A DNA stretch of 64,000 bases, from NCBI RefSeq assembly GCF_022045235.1, contig NW_027266275.1, positions 29,202,001 to 29,266,000 on the forward strand, in the 5' to 3' direction. Each line of letters opens with the position of its first letter. Within the stretch, counting starts at the first letter, position 1. This DNA is from Haliotis cracherodii (Eukaryota). Below, piece by piece: positions 1 to 12,683 of this stretch. The translations under genes were made by a program, and so were the position numbers. A model generated the notes under the pieces. The model searched no databases and was not told where the DNA came from. It saw only the letters and a program-made list of their open reading frames with translations.

Positions 1-73
1 CTGATATATTGGTGTGACAGGAACTTTTGATGTTGAGTATACTATTCACAACTGTTATATTTTTTAATTGGGA

Positions 74-410
74 CCGCCTCCGTGGTCTAGTGGTAGAGCG
101 TTCGCCCGGAGAGCGGACGGTTCGGGGATTCCCAGCCGCGTCAAATCAAACTTCGTTAAAAGATGATACTTGTTGTTACACTGTCTGGCGCTCGGCATTA
201 TGGGTCTAAAAGAAGGACTGGTCGACTTGGAGTATAATGTGTCTGAGTGGGGTATTCATGTTAAACTGCGGCATGGTATCTCAGTGGGATAGCACTATAA
301 AGCGACGTCAGTCCGGACTAGTACAGGCAGCCACACACACACACGTGCAAGCACGTCGCAATATAAGTGCAATAATATTGGACGTGCAAGCAAACCCTAT
401 TTCACCTCAC
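74..410 (+). mobile_element. tRNA-headed SINE, Meta/MESC-domain-like, copy 1
   Basis: A-box-like TGGTCTAGTGGTAGAGCG and a degenerate B-box; body ...GACTGGTC...AGTATAATGTGTCTGAGTGGGGTATT...AGCACTATAA resembles molluscan Meta-domain SINEs (from recall); TCACC tail; second copy at 562-875. Confidence 0.7.
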
Positions 411-561
411 CTTTTAAAGTGTCTACTTAATAGTCGTTTAACGTCCATAAAATTACCATCAAACAATTCACGTCATTGACAAGGATACGCAACTTGGTCG
501 TTATGTGATGTCCGCAGCAAAACATTATTGAATTCCTTGTGAGGCTCCAAACGTTTCTAAT

Positions 562-875
562 CGCTGCCGTGGTCTATTGGTAGAGCTTCCGCCCGGAGAG
601 CGGATGGGACGGGGTTCGATCCCCGGACGCGTCATACCAGAAGACGTTATCATAACATAGTACTTGTTGTTACCCTGCCTTACTCTTTGGGGCTAAAACA
701 AAGACAGGTCGTCTCTGTGTCAGCATACTGTGTCTGAGTTGGGTATTGATGTTCAACTGTGGCATGGTATATAGGTGGGTTAGCATTATAAAATATAAGG
801 ACTGGTACGAACAGCCACACACACAAACACGCGATAATTTAACGCGACATTTAACCCTATTTCACATCACCTCAC
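562..875 (+). mobile_element. tRNA-headed SINE, Meta/MESC-domain-like, copy 2
   Basis: A-box TGGTCTATTGGTAGAGC, B-box GGTTCGATCCC, GTCATACCAGAAGAC body; aligns with 74-410. Confidence 0.72.
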
Positions 876-989
876 CTGAAAACTTTTCTGTCAACACTCA
901 TATGTCCTTCCAAACAGAATGCATCAGTTGTTTTACTAAGAGTCAGATTAGTCCATTTCCACATACAAGCTGATGTAACCGGAAACAAA

Positions 990-2735
990 CCTCCAGCTAC
1001 ACAACCAAGTCTCGCAACAACCACCACCACCCTACCTCTGCCCCAACCCTCCCTCCGGCTACACAACCAAGTCTCGCAACAACCACCACCACCCTACCTC
1101 TCCCCCTCTACCCACCACCCTCCCTCCGGCTACATAACCAAGTCTCGCAACAACCACCACCAAACTACCTCTCCCCCCACCCTCCCTCCAGCTACACAAC
1201 CAAGTCTCGCAACAACCACCACCACCTTTCTCCCCCCACCCTCCCTCCAGCTACACAACCAAGTCTCGCAACCGCCACCACCCTACCTCTCCCCCCACCC
1301 TCCCTCCAGCTACACAACCAAGTCTCGCAACAACCACCATGCACCAACCTACCTCTCCCCCGACCCTCCCTCCAGCTACACAACCAAGTCTCGCAACCGC
1401 CACCACCCTACCTCTCCCCCACCCTCCCTCCAGCTACACAACCAAGTCTCGCAACAACCGCCACCACCCTACCTCTCCCCCGACCCTCCCTCCAGCTACA
1501 CAACCGAGTCTCGCAACAACCGCCACCACCCTACCTCACACCCGACCCTCCCTCCAGCTACACAACCAAGTCTCGCAACAACCACCATGCACCAACCTAC
1601 CTCTCTCCCGACCCTCCCTCCAGCTACACAACCAAGTCTCGCAACCGCCACCACCCTACCTCTGCCCCGACCCTCCCTCCAGCTACACAACCAAGTCTCG
1701 CAACAACCGCCACCACCCTACCTCTCCCCCGACCCTCCCTCCAGCTACACAACCGAGTCTCGCAACAACCGCCACCACCCTACCTCTCCCCCGACCCTCC
1801 CTCCAGCTACACAACCAAGTCTCGCAACAACCACCATGCACCAACCTACCTCTCTCCCGACCCTCCCTCCAGCTACACAACCAAGTCTCGCAACCGCCAC
1901 CACCCTACCTCTCCCCCGACCCTCCCTCCAGCTACACAACCAAGTCTCGCAACAACCGCCACCCCCCTACCTCTCCCCCACCCTCCCTCCTGCTACACAA
2001 CCAAGTCTCGCAACAACCACCACCAACCTACCTCTCTCCCCATCCTCCCTCCAGCTACACAACCAAGTCTCGCAACAACCACCACCCCATTACCTCTCCC
2101 CCGACCCTCCCTCCAGCTACACAACCAAGTCTCGCAACAACAACCACCACCCTATCTCTCCCCCCACCCTCCCTCCAGCTACACAACCAAGTCTCGCAAC
2201 AACAACCACCACCCTACCTCTCCCCCCACCCTCCCTCCAGCTACACAACCAAGTCTCGCAACAACCACCATGCACCAACCTACCTCTCCCCCCACCCTCC
2301 CTCCAGCTACACAACCAAGTCTCGCAACAACCGCCACCACCCTAACTCTCCCCCCACCCTCCCTCCTGCTACACAACCAAGTCTTGCAACAACCACCACC
2401 ACCTTTCTCCCCCACCCTCCCTCCAGCTACACAACCGAGTCTCGCAACAACCGCCACCACCCTACCTCTCCCCCACCCTCCCTCCTGCTACACAACCAAG
2501 TCTCGCAACAACCGCCACCACCCTACCTCTCCCCCCACCCTCCCTCCAGCTACACAACCAAGTCTCGCAACAACCGCCACCACCCTACCTCTCCCCCACC
2601 CTCCCTCCAGCTACACAACCAAGTCTCGCAACAACCGCCACCACCCTACCTCTCCCCCCACCCTCCCTCCAGCTACACAACCAAGTCTCGCAACAACCGC
2701 CACCACCCTACCTCTCCCCTACCTCTCCCCCTCTA
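990..2735. repeat. C-rich minisatellite, ~62-bp unit (59/62/66 variants)
   Basis: Unit CAGCTACACAACCAAGTCTCGCAACAACCGCCACCACCCTACCTCTCCCCCCACCCTCCCTC repeated ~28 times; the Pro/Thr-rich ORFs here are artefacts of the repeat. Confidence 0.95.
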
Positions 2736-3984
2736 CCCACCGTAGAGGTGTTCAAATATAATAGTGACCAGCCACCAGTCGTCGTTTACAGTGCATTAAT
2801 CTACAAGACAATGAAGCGATTTTCCGTTATTCCCGGTGTATTGAAGACGCGAAATGAGATATTGTGTTGCGTACGGGTGTACTAAGCAATAGTTCCAAAT
2901 GTCATTTCTTCAAATATTCAGCGAAAAGGCTGATTTGGCAAGGGTGAAATGTCCCTTTGGTCGTTTACTGGCTACGTTTCAACGGAAGTTCCGTCAATAT
3001 TCAGGAATATATGTGTCACAGTTGTCAAAAATTCAATTTTTAATATTTCACAATAATACACAACAAACATCCCGCTACATGAATACATGCAACAAACATA
3101 CAAGAGACAGGCCTCACCTCGACACCCTGGATTTATAACACAATGAACGAGCAGGGGTGAGACTTTCCTTTGGACGTCTTCTGGCAACGTTTCAAAGATT
3201 TGTTTCCGTTGCATTCAGTACCATCTGTGTCGCTGTTGTTAAACATTGACTCTTCCGCACATAACTCATGACACACACGAGGTTGATGACTAACAGATCC
3301 CGAATACATCCCCACCCCTCATTGGGAGAAAGGGGAGGTGTGATCCCTGACGTTCAAGTTTCAATGTGCCATGTCCGGAGGTCGAGTGATTATTCACAAC
3401 TCTTACTGCGCAGTTCTTCTCTCGAAACAAGGAAGGAGATTTGACAGTGTTGAAAATAAATCAGCAGATCAGATGAAACATGTCACGAATGAATAGCCTT
3501 GCTGTGGCTGAACAATTTGTAAGTTAAACATTTTCGGAAACTTTGATATGTAAACAGCAAATATAATTCAGTTTAATGTCATCTTAAGATGTTAGTTTAA
3601 TCCTGCTTATCTTGTGGATACCATAAAAATAAATTAAAGTTTATTTTGAGCTGGCATGAATATCATAAAATACTTACTAGTAAGTCTATCCTCATAATTT
3701 TCTCTATTCCACCATGCGTCTGGTCCCATACAAAATATTCTTCATGAATACTGTAAATCGAGAAAATTAATGCAATGATGAGTCACCACATTAATGCGAG
3801 TGTCCACCACATAAAGGAGTTCTGGCTGACGTTCGACCGAATAATATCATTTGCTATCTTCACAAACTTAACTTCCATTAGTGTATGTGAAAAGTTCATA
3901 TGTTCATAGGCTTCTTCACCGAGTGTACACTGTTGTGGACGTTTTCAGTTAAGGATTAGTATTATATCTTGACATAATTAGGAT

Positions 3985-4095
3985 ATAGAGATTACTACAC
4001 GAGTGTCGCTTTCGCTCGTTAGATACGTTTTGAAACAACTCGTTGTAAGATCAATGGTATCTGTCAGGCACGAGTACAGTAATCTGTTTCTTACA
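3985..4095. repeat. Imperfect palindrome, probable end of a non-autonomous DNA element
   Basis: AGATTACTACACGAGTG...CACGAGTACAGTAATCT inverted arms; similar organisation at 13230-13320. Confidence 0.35.
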
Positions 4096-5039
4096 TACCC
4101 TAAAATCGCACCTTTTTAGCATCGAACCGATGAATTTTGTCTATATTCTCATGATTGCAGTAGCGTATTAATACATCACACCTCTGTCATAAGTGACGTC
4201 ATCCTATGTGCTGCTTGCTACTCATAAATAATGTGACCCTACACAAAAAGGTTTCCGTCCTATCTGTGGATTATAAAGGCGATGATGAAAATGCAAACTA
4301 GACAAAAACCAAGAACACACTGTGTGCCAAGTTGAAAGTTGAAATTACCAAATATGTACAACAATGTTTACTTCCGTATGACATCACTACCGGTGACCGA
4401 CTTTTACAAAATGACGTGTTCACTGACAACAGTACGCGGGATTTCCAGAGGAGGTTTTCGTTGATTTAGGGATCGTATACACATAAATGTGTCACGTAAG
4501 TAATCAGAAACATTCTGACAATCTGCGTACTGTTATTTGTTTACCATGTTTTCCAATGTAACCAAGAGAATTAGTCAGAAATGCAGACAACTACCGTCAT
4601 CGTTGTGCGTGATTTAGCGTCAGTCATGGCGTCACACAGGACGGAAACTTTTACGGTTTCTGTTGAATTTACCACATCATTGTAATGTATATGTGTAATT
4701 CCATAATTAGTGCAACGATACTCTTCCCATGAATATTCTCAAACGCGTGATGGAGCCAGTGTATGCAACAATTAGTCGAAAGTACCTCTAAAAATGCTAC
4801 ACAGTGTAAAATCTGAATTTTGCTTTGTTTACATTTCAGCAAGTACAATTTTCCGAGCACTGTTTTCGTTTCCATACCTAATTTATTTCGCATGATTTCA
4901 TCTAGATAATTTGCATTGGTGACAAAGACCATTTATCCATTGTTTCGAAAATGTATGAGGAATTCAGGGTTGCATGTTTCTTACACACCTGTGGGTGAGA
5001 AACCCATTTGAGATAACTGGTATCAAACATATGTGTGAG

Positions 5040-6841
5040 ATCAAATTCCAGGACTTATTTTCGATGAACATCTCACCTGGGATGCTCACATCCAAAACCT
5101 AACAACTAAATGCAGTAAAGACCTAAACACCCTAAGATGCCTAACTGGTTCTAACTGGGGAGCCTCCAAAGATACCCTCCTCTCTCTCTACATATCACTA
5201 ATTAGATCAAAACTAGACTACGGCTGCCCCATATACAACACCCTAAACAACTCTCTATCTAAAAAACTTGACTCAATACAATATCAGGCTCTCAAACTAA
5301 TTACACGCACCCAACATGGCACCTCCTACACCTCACTTCAGGCCTTAACAGGAGAAATGCCACTAAGTCTACGCAGGGAACAGCTAAGCTTAAATTTCTG
5401 GGCCGCGTCCCAATCAAACCCTCTCATCCAAAACTTAATAAACCAAAACCAAAACATCAGCCCCAAAAACCAAGCTCTAGTTCGTAAACATCCCTTACTT
5501 ACCCCAATATCCCAAAGAATAACAAACTACCTAAATGAACACCAAATTTAAAATCTTAAAGACAACTGCAAACAATCAAATATCTTCACCCCTAAACATA
5601 AAATACCCAAAATAGACACAACACTAGCTGGCCAAATAAATAAACAAACCGACCCAAACATAGCTAAAACTACCACACTAGCATACATACACGAAAATTG
5701 TCCAAATTGGTCTCACATTTAGCCGGACGGATCCTCAGATCCGACCTCCAAACACACAGGTTTCGGAGTCCATACCACACAACCAACTAAAACCACACAA
5801 TCCTTCCGACTCCCAAACAACCAATCAATATTCACGGCAGAACTAATAGGCATGGCCTCAGCCCTCCATAATCAAGAATCCAAAAACCACAAAAAAATCC
5901 TAATACTTACCGACTCCCTAAGTGGACTGCAAGCCCTCCAAAACAAAAATACCAAAAACCGACCTAAATTAATAAATCAAATACTTAAAAGCTCCAACGA
6001 CCTAACTAAGGCAGGCAAACAAATAACCTTCTTGTGGATCCCCGCCAACGTAGGAATATACGGTAATGAAAACGCCGATAAAGCAGCTAAACTATCCCTC
6101 AAAATCCCAGAAATAAGCTTAAACTTACCCATCTCAAAATCAGAAATTAAAAGTGTAAACAAGCAAAAAATCACCCAAAAATGGCATAACCTATATCTAA
6201 ACTCAAATAGCCAAATAAAAAAAGTGCTCAGCAAACCACTAACCAAACCAAAAATTCTCCATCCATCAAAAAAAATCGACAGAGTAATCACTAAACTCCA
6301 AACAGGACACACCAACCTAAATAACCACCTAAAAAAAATTAAAAAACACACTACAGGTAACTGCCCACACTGCAAACAACCAGAAACCCTAGAACACGCA
6401 CTCATCCACTGCACACACTACCTAACACATCGAACCGCATTACAAGCCACCCTCAATCTAAACAAGGCTCTCACTCTAGAAGCAATACTAAACCCACAAA
6501 ATAAACTAGAAAACTTCAAGGCCTTAGGCGTATTCTTAATAAAAACGGAACTAATAAAACGCGTCTAAAAACACAATAACCTACCAAATCAAAATCAAAT
6601 AAACAAACAAACATCCACCATACCCAGCTCCCTTAGTTCTATTCCCCAACCCCATCGGCATCTATTCCAAATCTCAAAATTCCCAAATTCTATATAAGCA
6701 ACCCCTAAACCTCCCTCTTGGGTTGCACAGACCACTTTGGCCCCTTTCGGAAACAAATTAAATGGCCTGCCAGGGCCCGTGTGCGAAATACGCATCAGTC
6801 GGTAAGCGCACGTTAAATCTCCAAAGTAAGTAAGTAAGTAG
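5040..6841 (+). mobile_element. 5'-truncated, decayed non-LTR retrotransposon (I/Nimb-like clade): RT C-terminus, RNase H, zinc knuckle, 3' UTR, (AAGT)n tail
   Basis: One frame reads GLIFDEHLTWDAHI...LTGSNWGA...LYISLIRSKLDYGCPIY (RT thumb), then RNase H motifs DGS, IFTAEL, LTDSLS, WIPANVGIYGNENADKAAK, then CPHCKQPETLEHALIHC; in-frame stops at 5549-5551 and 5720-5722; ORF ends 6568; tail AAGTAAGTAAGT. Confidence 0.9.
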
Positions 6842-8622
6842 TGTTTTGTCGTGTCAAGTGCGGGTCTCTCTCTCTCTTTGGAAAGTTTGGAATGAGCGAT
6901 CTTTCCAAAGCAATCCAACGTTCATTCCAAATTGGAATGGACGCTCCTTGGTCCTGTGATGCATGACGGTGTCTACAGAACAGAACAGAACTTTATTTCT
7001 CCAAGGTTTAGGCTTACGTGGATAACGGAAAATTTTGTTTAAGTGACAGCGCATTTGTAATTCAATCTATTATACTTTCCTTGATTGATTATATGGCTGC
7101 GGTCGTAGATCCGGATGTATCTAAATATGCTCAGTATATACACAGGGTTTATTGTCATACTATTAGTATTAATAGATACAATTGAGTATTTATACCCTTG
7201 ATCGTACAGTTTGTATGATTTGTGTTATGATTAAATTGACAAAATAAGAAATCATTCCGTGTATATGTGTATTATATATTGTACCCCAATACGTAATTAA
7301 ATTGTGTATAAATAAGGACACTAGGTTAATTACTGTAATTGATTATTTGATAAACATATTCACATTTAGTTGCCCGATATGTCACAGAGGTAAAGCTAAT
7401 TCATAACAACTAATTGTCCCATCTATTTGGCTTCTATCTTTTATATAAAACAAATGCTATAACATGGGGTGATAAACTTCATTGGCAATAGACGTAGCAT
7501 ATAATTGTCCACATGAACAGTCTACTCTGTTCCAGATATGTTTATTCATTTTGCCATCATTTAAATCGTTGCATTCCTGGCTCAATGATTCATTTGGCGA
7601 AATCTTGTTCCCTGTTTTGAATTACCGTCAGATAGTTCCAGACCAATTATAAAATTTCCAGCCTTATGTGTTGCGCATAATTCCGAGATAATTCGAAGTT
7701 CATATTCTTGTACGAACACTTATCAAAATTCATTTATACCTAGTACTATTATGTACATATGTATATTAGTTCAAATTATAATAATGACTCCCTCTATATT
7801 CTCGAAACGGTCTTTGTTCTACGACAACCGTAAGTCGGTATGGGAAAACAAAATATTTGTTAAATTGTTCAAAGTTCATAGTCAATGTCATATGATTATA
7901 GACAAGGAAGATAAGAAATAAAATATAAAGAGTAGCCGCTTTAAATGACAGAAATTCTTTTTGTTAAATTTGCTCATGATTTGGTCTTTTCGTGGTACAT
8001 AGTGCCAAAATACTCTTGATTATTTACTTTCATGTCATTACTAATCTCACATAAGGTCAAAAGTTGTACAACGTTTAACATATATGATTATGACATGTTG
8101 TATCCAAATATTTCCAAACATTTCCAAACAAATCCAAACAAATCCAAACAAATCCAAGCTTGGAAATATGACCTTGCCAAATATTGGAATGGTCATATTT
8201 CCAATTGGAATGGTGGTATTTCCAAGTTTTAGATTTTTTGGAATGGATGATATTTTGTCCAGTGAATGATGCTAGAAGTAAGTATCAACGCATTGCAATT
8301 GTTTACGAAGTGAGCACTTCCTGGTTACTGATTTGCATTAATAGACAGCCGCTAAGAGGCGTGTCCCGCGTGAACTATCGGAAATCACAAATGCCGCGAT
8401 ACGATGAATGCCGCGGTACCACGGGGTCCGAGTACTATACATGAAATAGGAATAAAACATATGTACTTTGCGCGCCAGAGGGTAGCATAATGCAATTAAC
8501 TTTTTATTTTTCACGGGGTAATGATCTCTTTTCCATGTGATATCATTCTTAAAATCATCGATGTTTAAGACGCATATTTACCAAGAAACTTAAGACACTG
8601 CGTGTGACTACAATGTTTCATC

Positions 8623-9135
8623 CGTCTTCCCGAGGCAAGGGAGTTAACTGACTATAATTGTCCAGTTTCCACCCTTGCCGAACTTTCTGGAATTTCTGGG
8701 CTCGATCGATGCGTCACCAGTGGCTATTACGAGTTATGGCTATTCTATATTCCTCCTATTGACCAGTCAGATTCCATTTCTCACCTCACTTGCATTTGCT
8801 TCAAACAAAATGGCAGCGCCCAGTCGATAATCAAGATCTATATTGCAAAACGGGTCTTACCCTGCGAAGTGTATCAACTCACTTGAGCACCTTGATTAAA
8901 AACATAAAACAATTTGCAAAATATCTGTCGAGGCCGATTGGCGGCACGCATGCTTTACAAATTTTGCGACCGAAATCTGCAGGTTGAAATCAACATGTTT
9001 ACGAACCGGATGTCAAGTTCGTTATACGATTTTGATTGGACTATGCACAGACTCGTTAGTCCAGCCAAAATGCAACTGCATAGCAGCCTAATACGGCAAG
9101 GGTGGAAACTGGACTTTTATAGCCTCGGAAAGATG
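8623..9135. mobile_element. MITE with imperfect TIRs and 9-bp TSD (Mutator/MULE-like)
   Basis: Left CGTCTTCCCGAGG...CTATAATTGTCCAGTTTCCACCCTTGCCG, right CGGCAAGGGTGGAAACTGGACTTTTATAGCCTCGGAAAGATG; TSD TGTTTCATC at 8614-8622 and 9136-9144. Confidence 0.85.
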
Positions 9136-9737
9136 TGTTTCATCGAACCGCCTCATATATTTAATAGTGCCAAATGATTCACTGCCATGTTTGTCTCCAG
9201 AGACCATGCAGGTTTATGGGGAACATCAGAAAATAATATATTGATCAAACAGATATTGCATCGAAGTATGGAGGTTAAAAGTAGTTCCTGTTGGCCGACC
9301 ACATTTGCATATTTATCGGAAGTTTGTTGGATTGGTTTAGGTGTGCCAGAACCATATGATCGTGGGTTCGAAAACCAGATGTGTTCCTAGGTTTGTCAGC
9401 ATCATACCCGAGGTCGTTCGTGTATTGCTGACAGTGCAATGGTATATGTGTCCGGCGTGAAACCAGACTATAGTCCTCGACAATTGAAATAGAATCCTGG
9501 AACATCGCGACTATTAATCAATAAAGATAGATGCATGTGTGCTGATAAGTGCTGATACGTGTGCTGAAGACAATCCACCCCGGAGATAAGGAATATATAT
9601 TACTAACACAAATGACAAACATTGCAAAACGTGCTTTTCAAGAAATATCCATTTTGCTTACAATAAACATCATCATTCAGTTTTGATCACGTGGTAACAA
9701 TCAGAGTAATAATATTAGTAAGGTGACTATTATCTTC

Positions 9738-9903
9738 TTTGTTTGTTTGTTTGTTGTTTGTTGTTTAATGCCGAACTCAGCAATATTCCAGCTGTATGAC
9801 GGCAGTCTATAAATAATCGAGTCTGGACCAGACAATCCAGTGGTTGATACCATGAGCATTGATTGGGTTGCTGAAGACCTACTCTGACCCGGATCTTCAC
9901 GGG
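9738..9903 (-). mobile_element. Headless SINE-like family A, internally deleted copy
   Basis: Reverse complement starts CCCGTGAAGATCC and ends in (AAAC)n; flanking GACTATTAT at 9725-9733 and 9906-9914. Confidence 0.8.
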
Positions 9904-10034
9904 TAGACTATTATGTACACCATAAAGTCACAACCATTATAAAGAAGCTGGTTATTACTAGTTGATGTTGATACAAATGCTTGCGCACTGATTAGTAATT
10001 GAAGTAATATCTTTTAATTGCAGATAGTGCTACT

Positions 10035-12683
10035 ATGAATAAGATTTTTCTCCTGGTTTTCACACTGGCCCTGAAAGCCACGTCGACCATGACCAACAAC
10101 GAAGTTGATGAGAATGAAAGTTGTGACCGTCGCTGTCACTGTTGGCATGACAACAGAAGCTATGGTAGGGACATGAACATAGCCAACTGTTCAGGCCGGA
10201 ACATATCTTCACTACAGGATCTCATCCTTCCTACAAACACCAATGTCATCCTTCTGGAACGTAACAACATCCGTAAATTGGGAAATGACGACTTTAGACC
10301 ATATCATAATCTGACCCATTTAGATTTGGGCACTAACAATATATCGATAGTGGAAGAGAGAGCGTTTGGACAACTGTACCAGCTGGTTTTCCTTAACTTA
10401 GAAACAAATCATATTGCTTTACATGTTTTGTGCCAAATACCACAATTATTCCAAGACCTTGTCAGCTTGAAGATTTTGAAATTGAACGGAAATTCCTTTG
10501 GAAATGGAAGAACCAGTGTACACTCTGATAAAAAGGAAACCCCGAACATTTACCCTGATGTTTTTCACTGGCTTGTTTCGCTGGAGACCTTATTCATTGA
10601 CGGAATCACCAACGCATCCTTTTCTTCAGGATTCTCTAACCTCACCAAATTTACCAGCCTTATAATGTCTGGCGATAATGGACAATGTACCATAGGTACC
10701 CTTCATAATACATCCTTTGAACATGTACCATACCTAACATACTTGGATATATCAAACTGTTCTATAACTGATATTGAGGCTGACACGTTTTCACATATGC
10801 CAAACATTCAAACCCTGAACATATCCTCCAACATGCATCTTGGATTCACGATATTAGGTCAAGCTTTATACGGCCTTCAGTCATCTAACATTAGCGTCCT
10901 GGTAGCGAATAGAATCGTCCTGATGTATCCGAAATGTGTCGTGATCAAACAAGAGGATGTGCAATATCTGAACAACACGTCCCTAACACGACTCTATGTT
11001 GATGACAACAGTATCAGGAAAATCGAGCCAGGCGTGCTGCGTCTCTTGCCAAACACTCTGAGCTTCATCTCTGCACAACGGCATAAACTTGGTTATGGGG
11101 CTTACTTCCAGGAACTGAAATATCTCACAGGCTTAAAGTATTTGCACCTCAGTGGGGTGTCTTACCATATAGATGTGCCCAATCGAGATATGTTGGAGGT
11201 ACAGTTTTCTGATGAAGTCATTGGAGGTACAGCGGACATGTACAACTCTAACGGGAACGGCATCCATCCAATGTCTTGGGTTTATGAAATACAGCCTTAT
11301 ATATATCCGTATACCACAACGCCTAATTTAGTGTTAACAAATTTAACACTACCCCCAAACCTGATAAAGGTTCATTCGAACTTTACGCAACTAACCAGCA
11401 CTCTTGCATCAATAAGCATTCAAGCTGAGAGTTTACAACACGTGGATCTATCCAGCAATTTCTTTCAGTTTCATGACGGGACTTTGTTAGGATATGACAA
11501 TGTAACCTTTTTAGACTTATCCAACAACCTTGCTCGTTGGCTGTCTCCAGATCTGTTTCAACACTGTGTTTCCTTAGAAGTGCTAAATTTATCGTACAAC
11601 TTCTTCAAATGGGACATATACAATGATACGGGTGGAAAGATTTTCAGAAATCTGTTTCGCTTGAAGCAACTTCACCTCGCATCAAATGTTCTAGAGCAGG
11701 TAAGAGGGATGGTATTTCGTAATCTGACATCGCTTGAAATTCTTAATCTATCTAGTAATGTGTTGTACAACTTTTCCCCTGAACTGGGACATCTAAAGAA
11801 GTTGAAACAGATAGATTGTTCAAACAATCAGATTCAATGGCTTATGTCAGATGTTCGAAGACAAATAAGTGCTTTGAAATTAGTCTCCCCGAACCTGACG
11901 TTGAACCTGAGTGGGAACCCATTATGGTGTTCGTGTAGGAATTTAGAGACTTTGAGCTGGCTGCTTGATTCGGGAGTGACCAACGATGATATGTATGGGT
12001 ATAATTGTTTGCAGAATGGTCTTAAAAGAGACATTAAAAATAAAGACGAGTTTCAAGATCTTATAAGCGAACTAGAGAACAAATGCTTCTCAGCTTCAGA
12101 TGTATCCCTTGGCGCCTCTGCTGGAATCCTTTTCTTCTTCTGTGTCGTGATTGTTGGGTTGGTTCGAAGGTACAGGTGGAAGATACGCTATCTCTTCTAC
12201 TCTGCCAGACTTAGGTATAAATCTGACCGAAATACTCCAGATGATGGGTACTTCATGCATGATGCTTTTGTCTCCTACGCTGATGAAGATCGTGAATTTG
12301 TCGTCGATGACATGCGATGTCACATGGAAGTTAATGATGGAATAAACCTCAACATCCACCACCGTGACTTCATGCCAGGAGAGCCCATTGCTTCAAACAT
12401 CATTGGCGCCATCACGAATAGCAGGAAGACTGTGGTGGTTCTGTCCCAGAACTTCCTCAACAGTTACTGGTGCACGTACGAACTGCGCATGGCCCAGATG
12501 GAGAGCATCAGTAGTGGGAGGGACATTCTAATCATCATCATGTTCGAACCCGTGCCTGCCAAGAACATCCCGCCCGAAATTTTGAAACTGTTGCATACAG
12601 ATTCTTACATAGCCTACCCAAGCGATGAGGAAGACAGGGAGGAGTTCTGGAGATGCTTGTGTCAGAGTGTCCGACCACAGTGA
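10035..12683 (+). CDS. Toll-like receptor, single-cysteine-cluster type, 882 aa, single coding exon
   Basis: Signal peptide; LRRNT (CDRRCHC...ANCSGR); many LxxLxLxxN repeats; LRRCT NPLWCSC; TM helix ending RRYRWKIRY; TIR box1 HDAFVSY, box2 IHHRDFMPG, WCTYEL, box3 FW; splice acceptor TTTTAATTGCAG ends at 10023, implying an upstream non-coding exon. Confidence 0.96.
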   Translation: MNKIFLLVFTLALKATSTMTNNEVDENESCDRRCHCWHDNRSYGRDMNIANCSGRNISSLQDLILPTNTNVILLERNNIRKLGNDDFRPYHNLTHLDLGTNNISIVEERAFGQLYQLVFLNLETNHIALHVLCQIPQLFQDLVSLKILKLNGNSFGNGRTSVHSDKKETPNIYPDVFHWLVSLETLFIDGITNASFSSGFSNLTKFTSLIMSGDNGQCTIGTLHNTSFEHVPYLTYLDISNCSITDIEADTFSHMPNIQTLNISSNMHLGFTILGQALYGLQSSNISVLVANRIVLMYPKCVVIKQEDVQYLNNTSLTRLYVDDNSIRKIEPGVLRLLPNTLSFISAQRHKLGYGAYFQELKYLTGLKYLHLSGVSYHIDVPNRDMLEVQFSDEVIGGTADMYNSNGNGIHPMSWVYEIQPYIYPYTTTPNLVLTNLTLPPNLIKVHSNFTQLTSTLASISIQAESLQHVDLSSNFFQFHDGTLLGYDNVTFLDLSNNLARWLSPDLFQHCVSLEVLNLSYNFFKWDIYNDTGGKIFRNLFRLKQLHLASNVLEQVRGMVFRNLTSLEILNLSSNVLYNFSPELGHLKKLKQIDCSNNQIQWLMSDVRRQISALKLVSPNLTLNLSGNPLWCSCRNLETLSWLLDSGVTNDDMYGYNCLQNGLKRDIKNKDEFQDLISELENKCFSASDVSLGASAGILFFFCVVIVGLVRRYRWKIRYLFYSARLRYKSDRNTPDDGYFMHDAFVSYADEDREFVVDDMRCHMEVNDGINLNIHHRDFMPGEPIASNIIGAITNSRKTVVVLSQNFLNSYWCTYELRMAQMESISSGRDILIIIMFEPVPAKNIPPEILKLLHTDSYIAYPSDEEDREEFWRCLCQSVRPQ

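Noticed and set aside
1339-2761. 468-aa and overlapping Pro/Thr-rich extensin- or mucin-like ORFs
   Set aside because: All three + frames are open because the C-rich minisatellite lacks stops; unit lengths are mostly not multiples of 3 and there is no signal peptide
7040-7760. Possible decayed LINE C-terminus on the - strand
   Set aside because: Only faint motif resemblance; no translatable stretch to support a call
12460-12495. TIR WCxxE glutamate suggesting NADase activity
   Set aside because: This Glu is common in ordinary TLR TIR domains that act only as scaffolds
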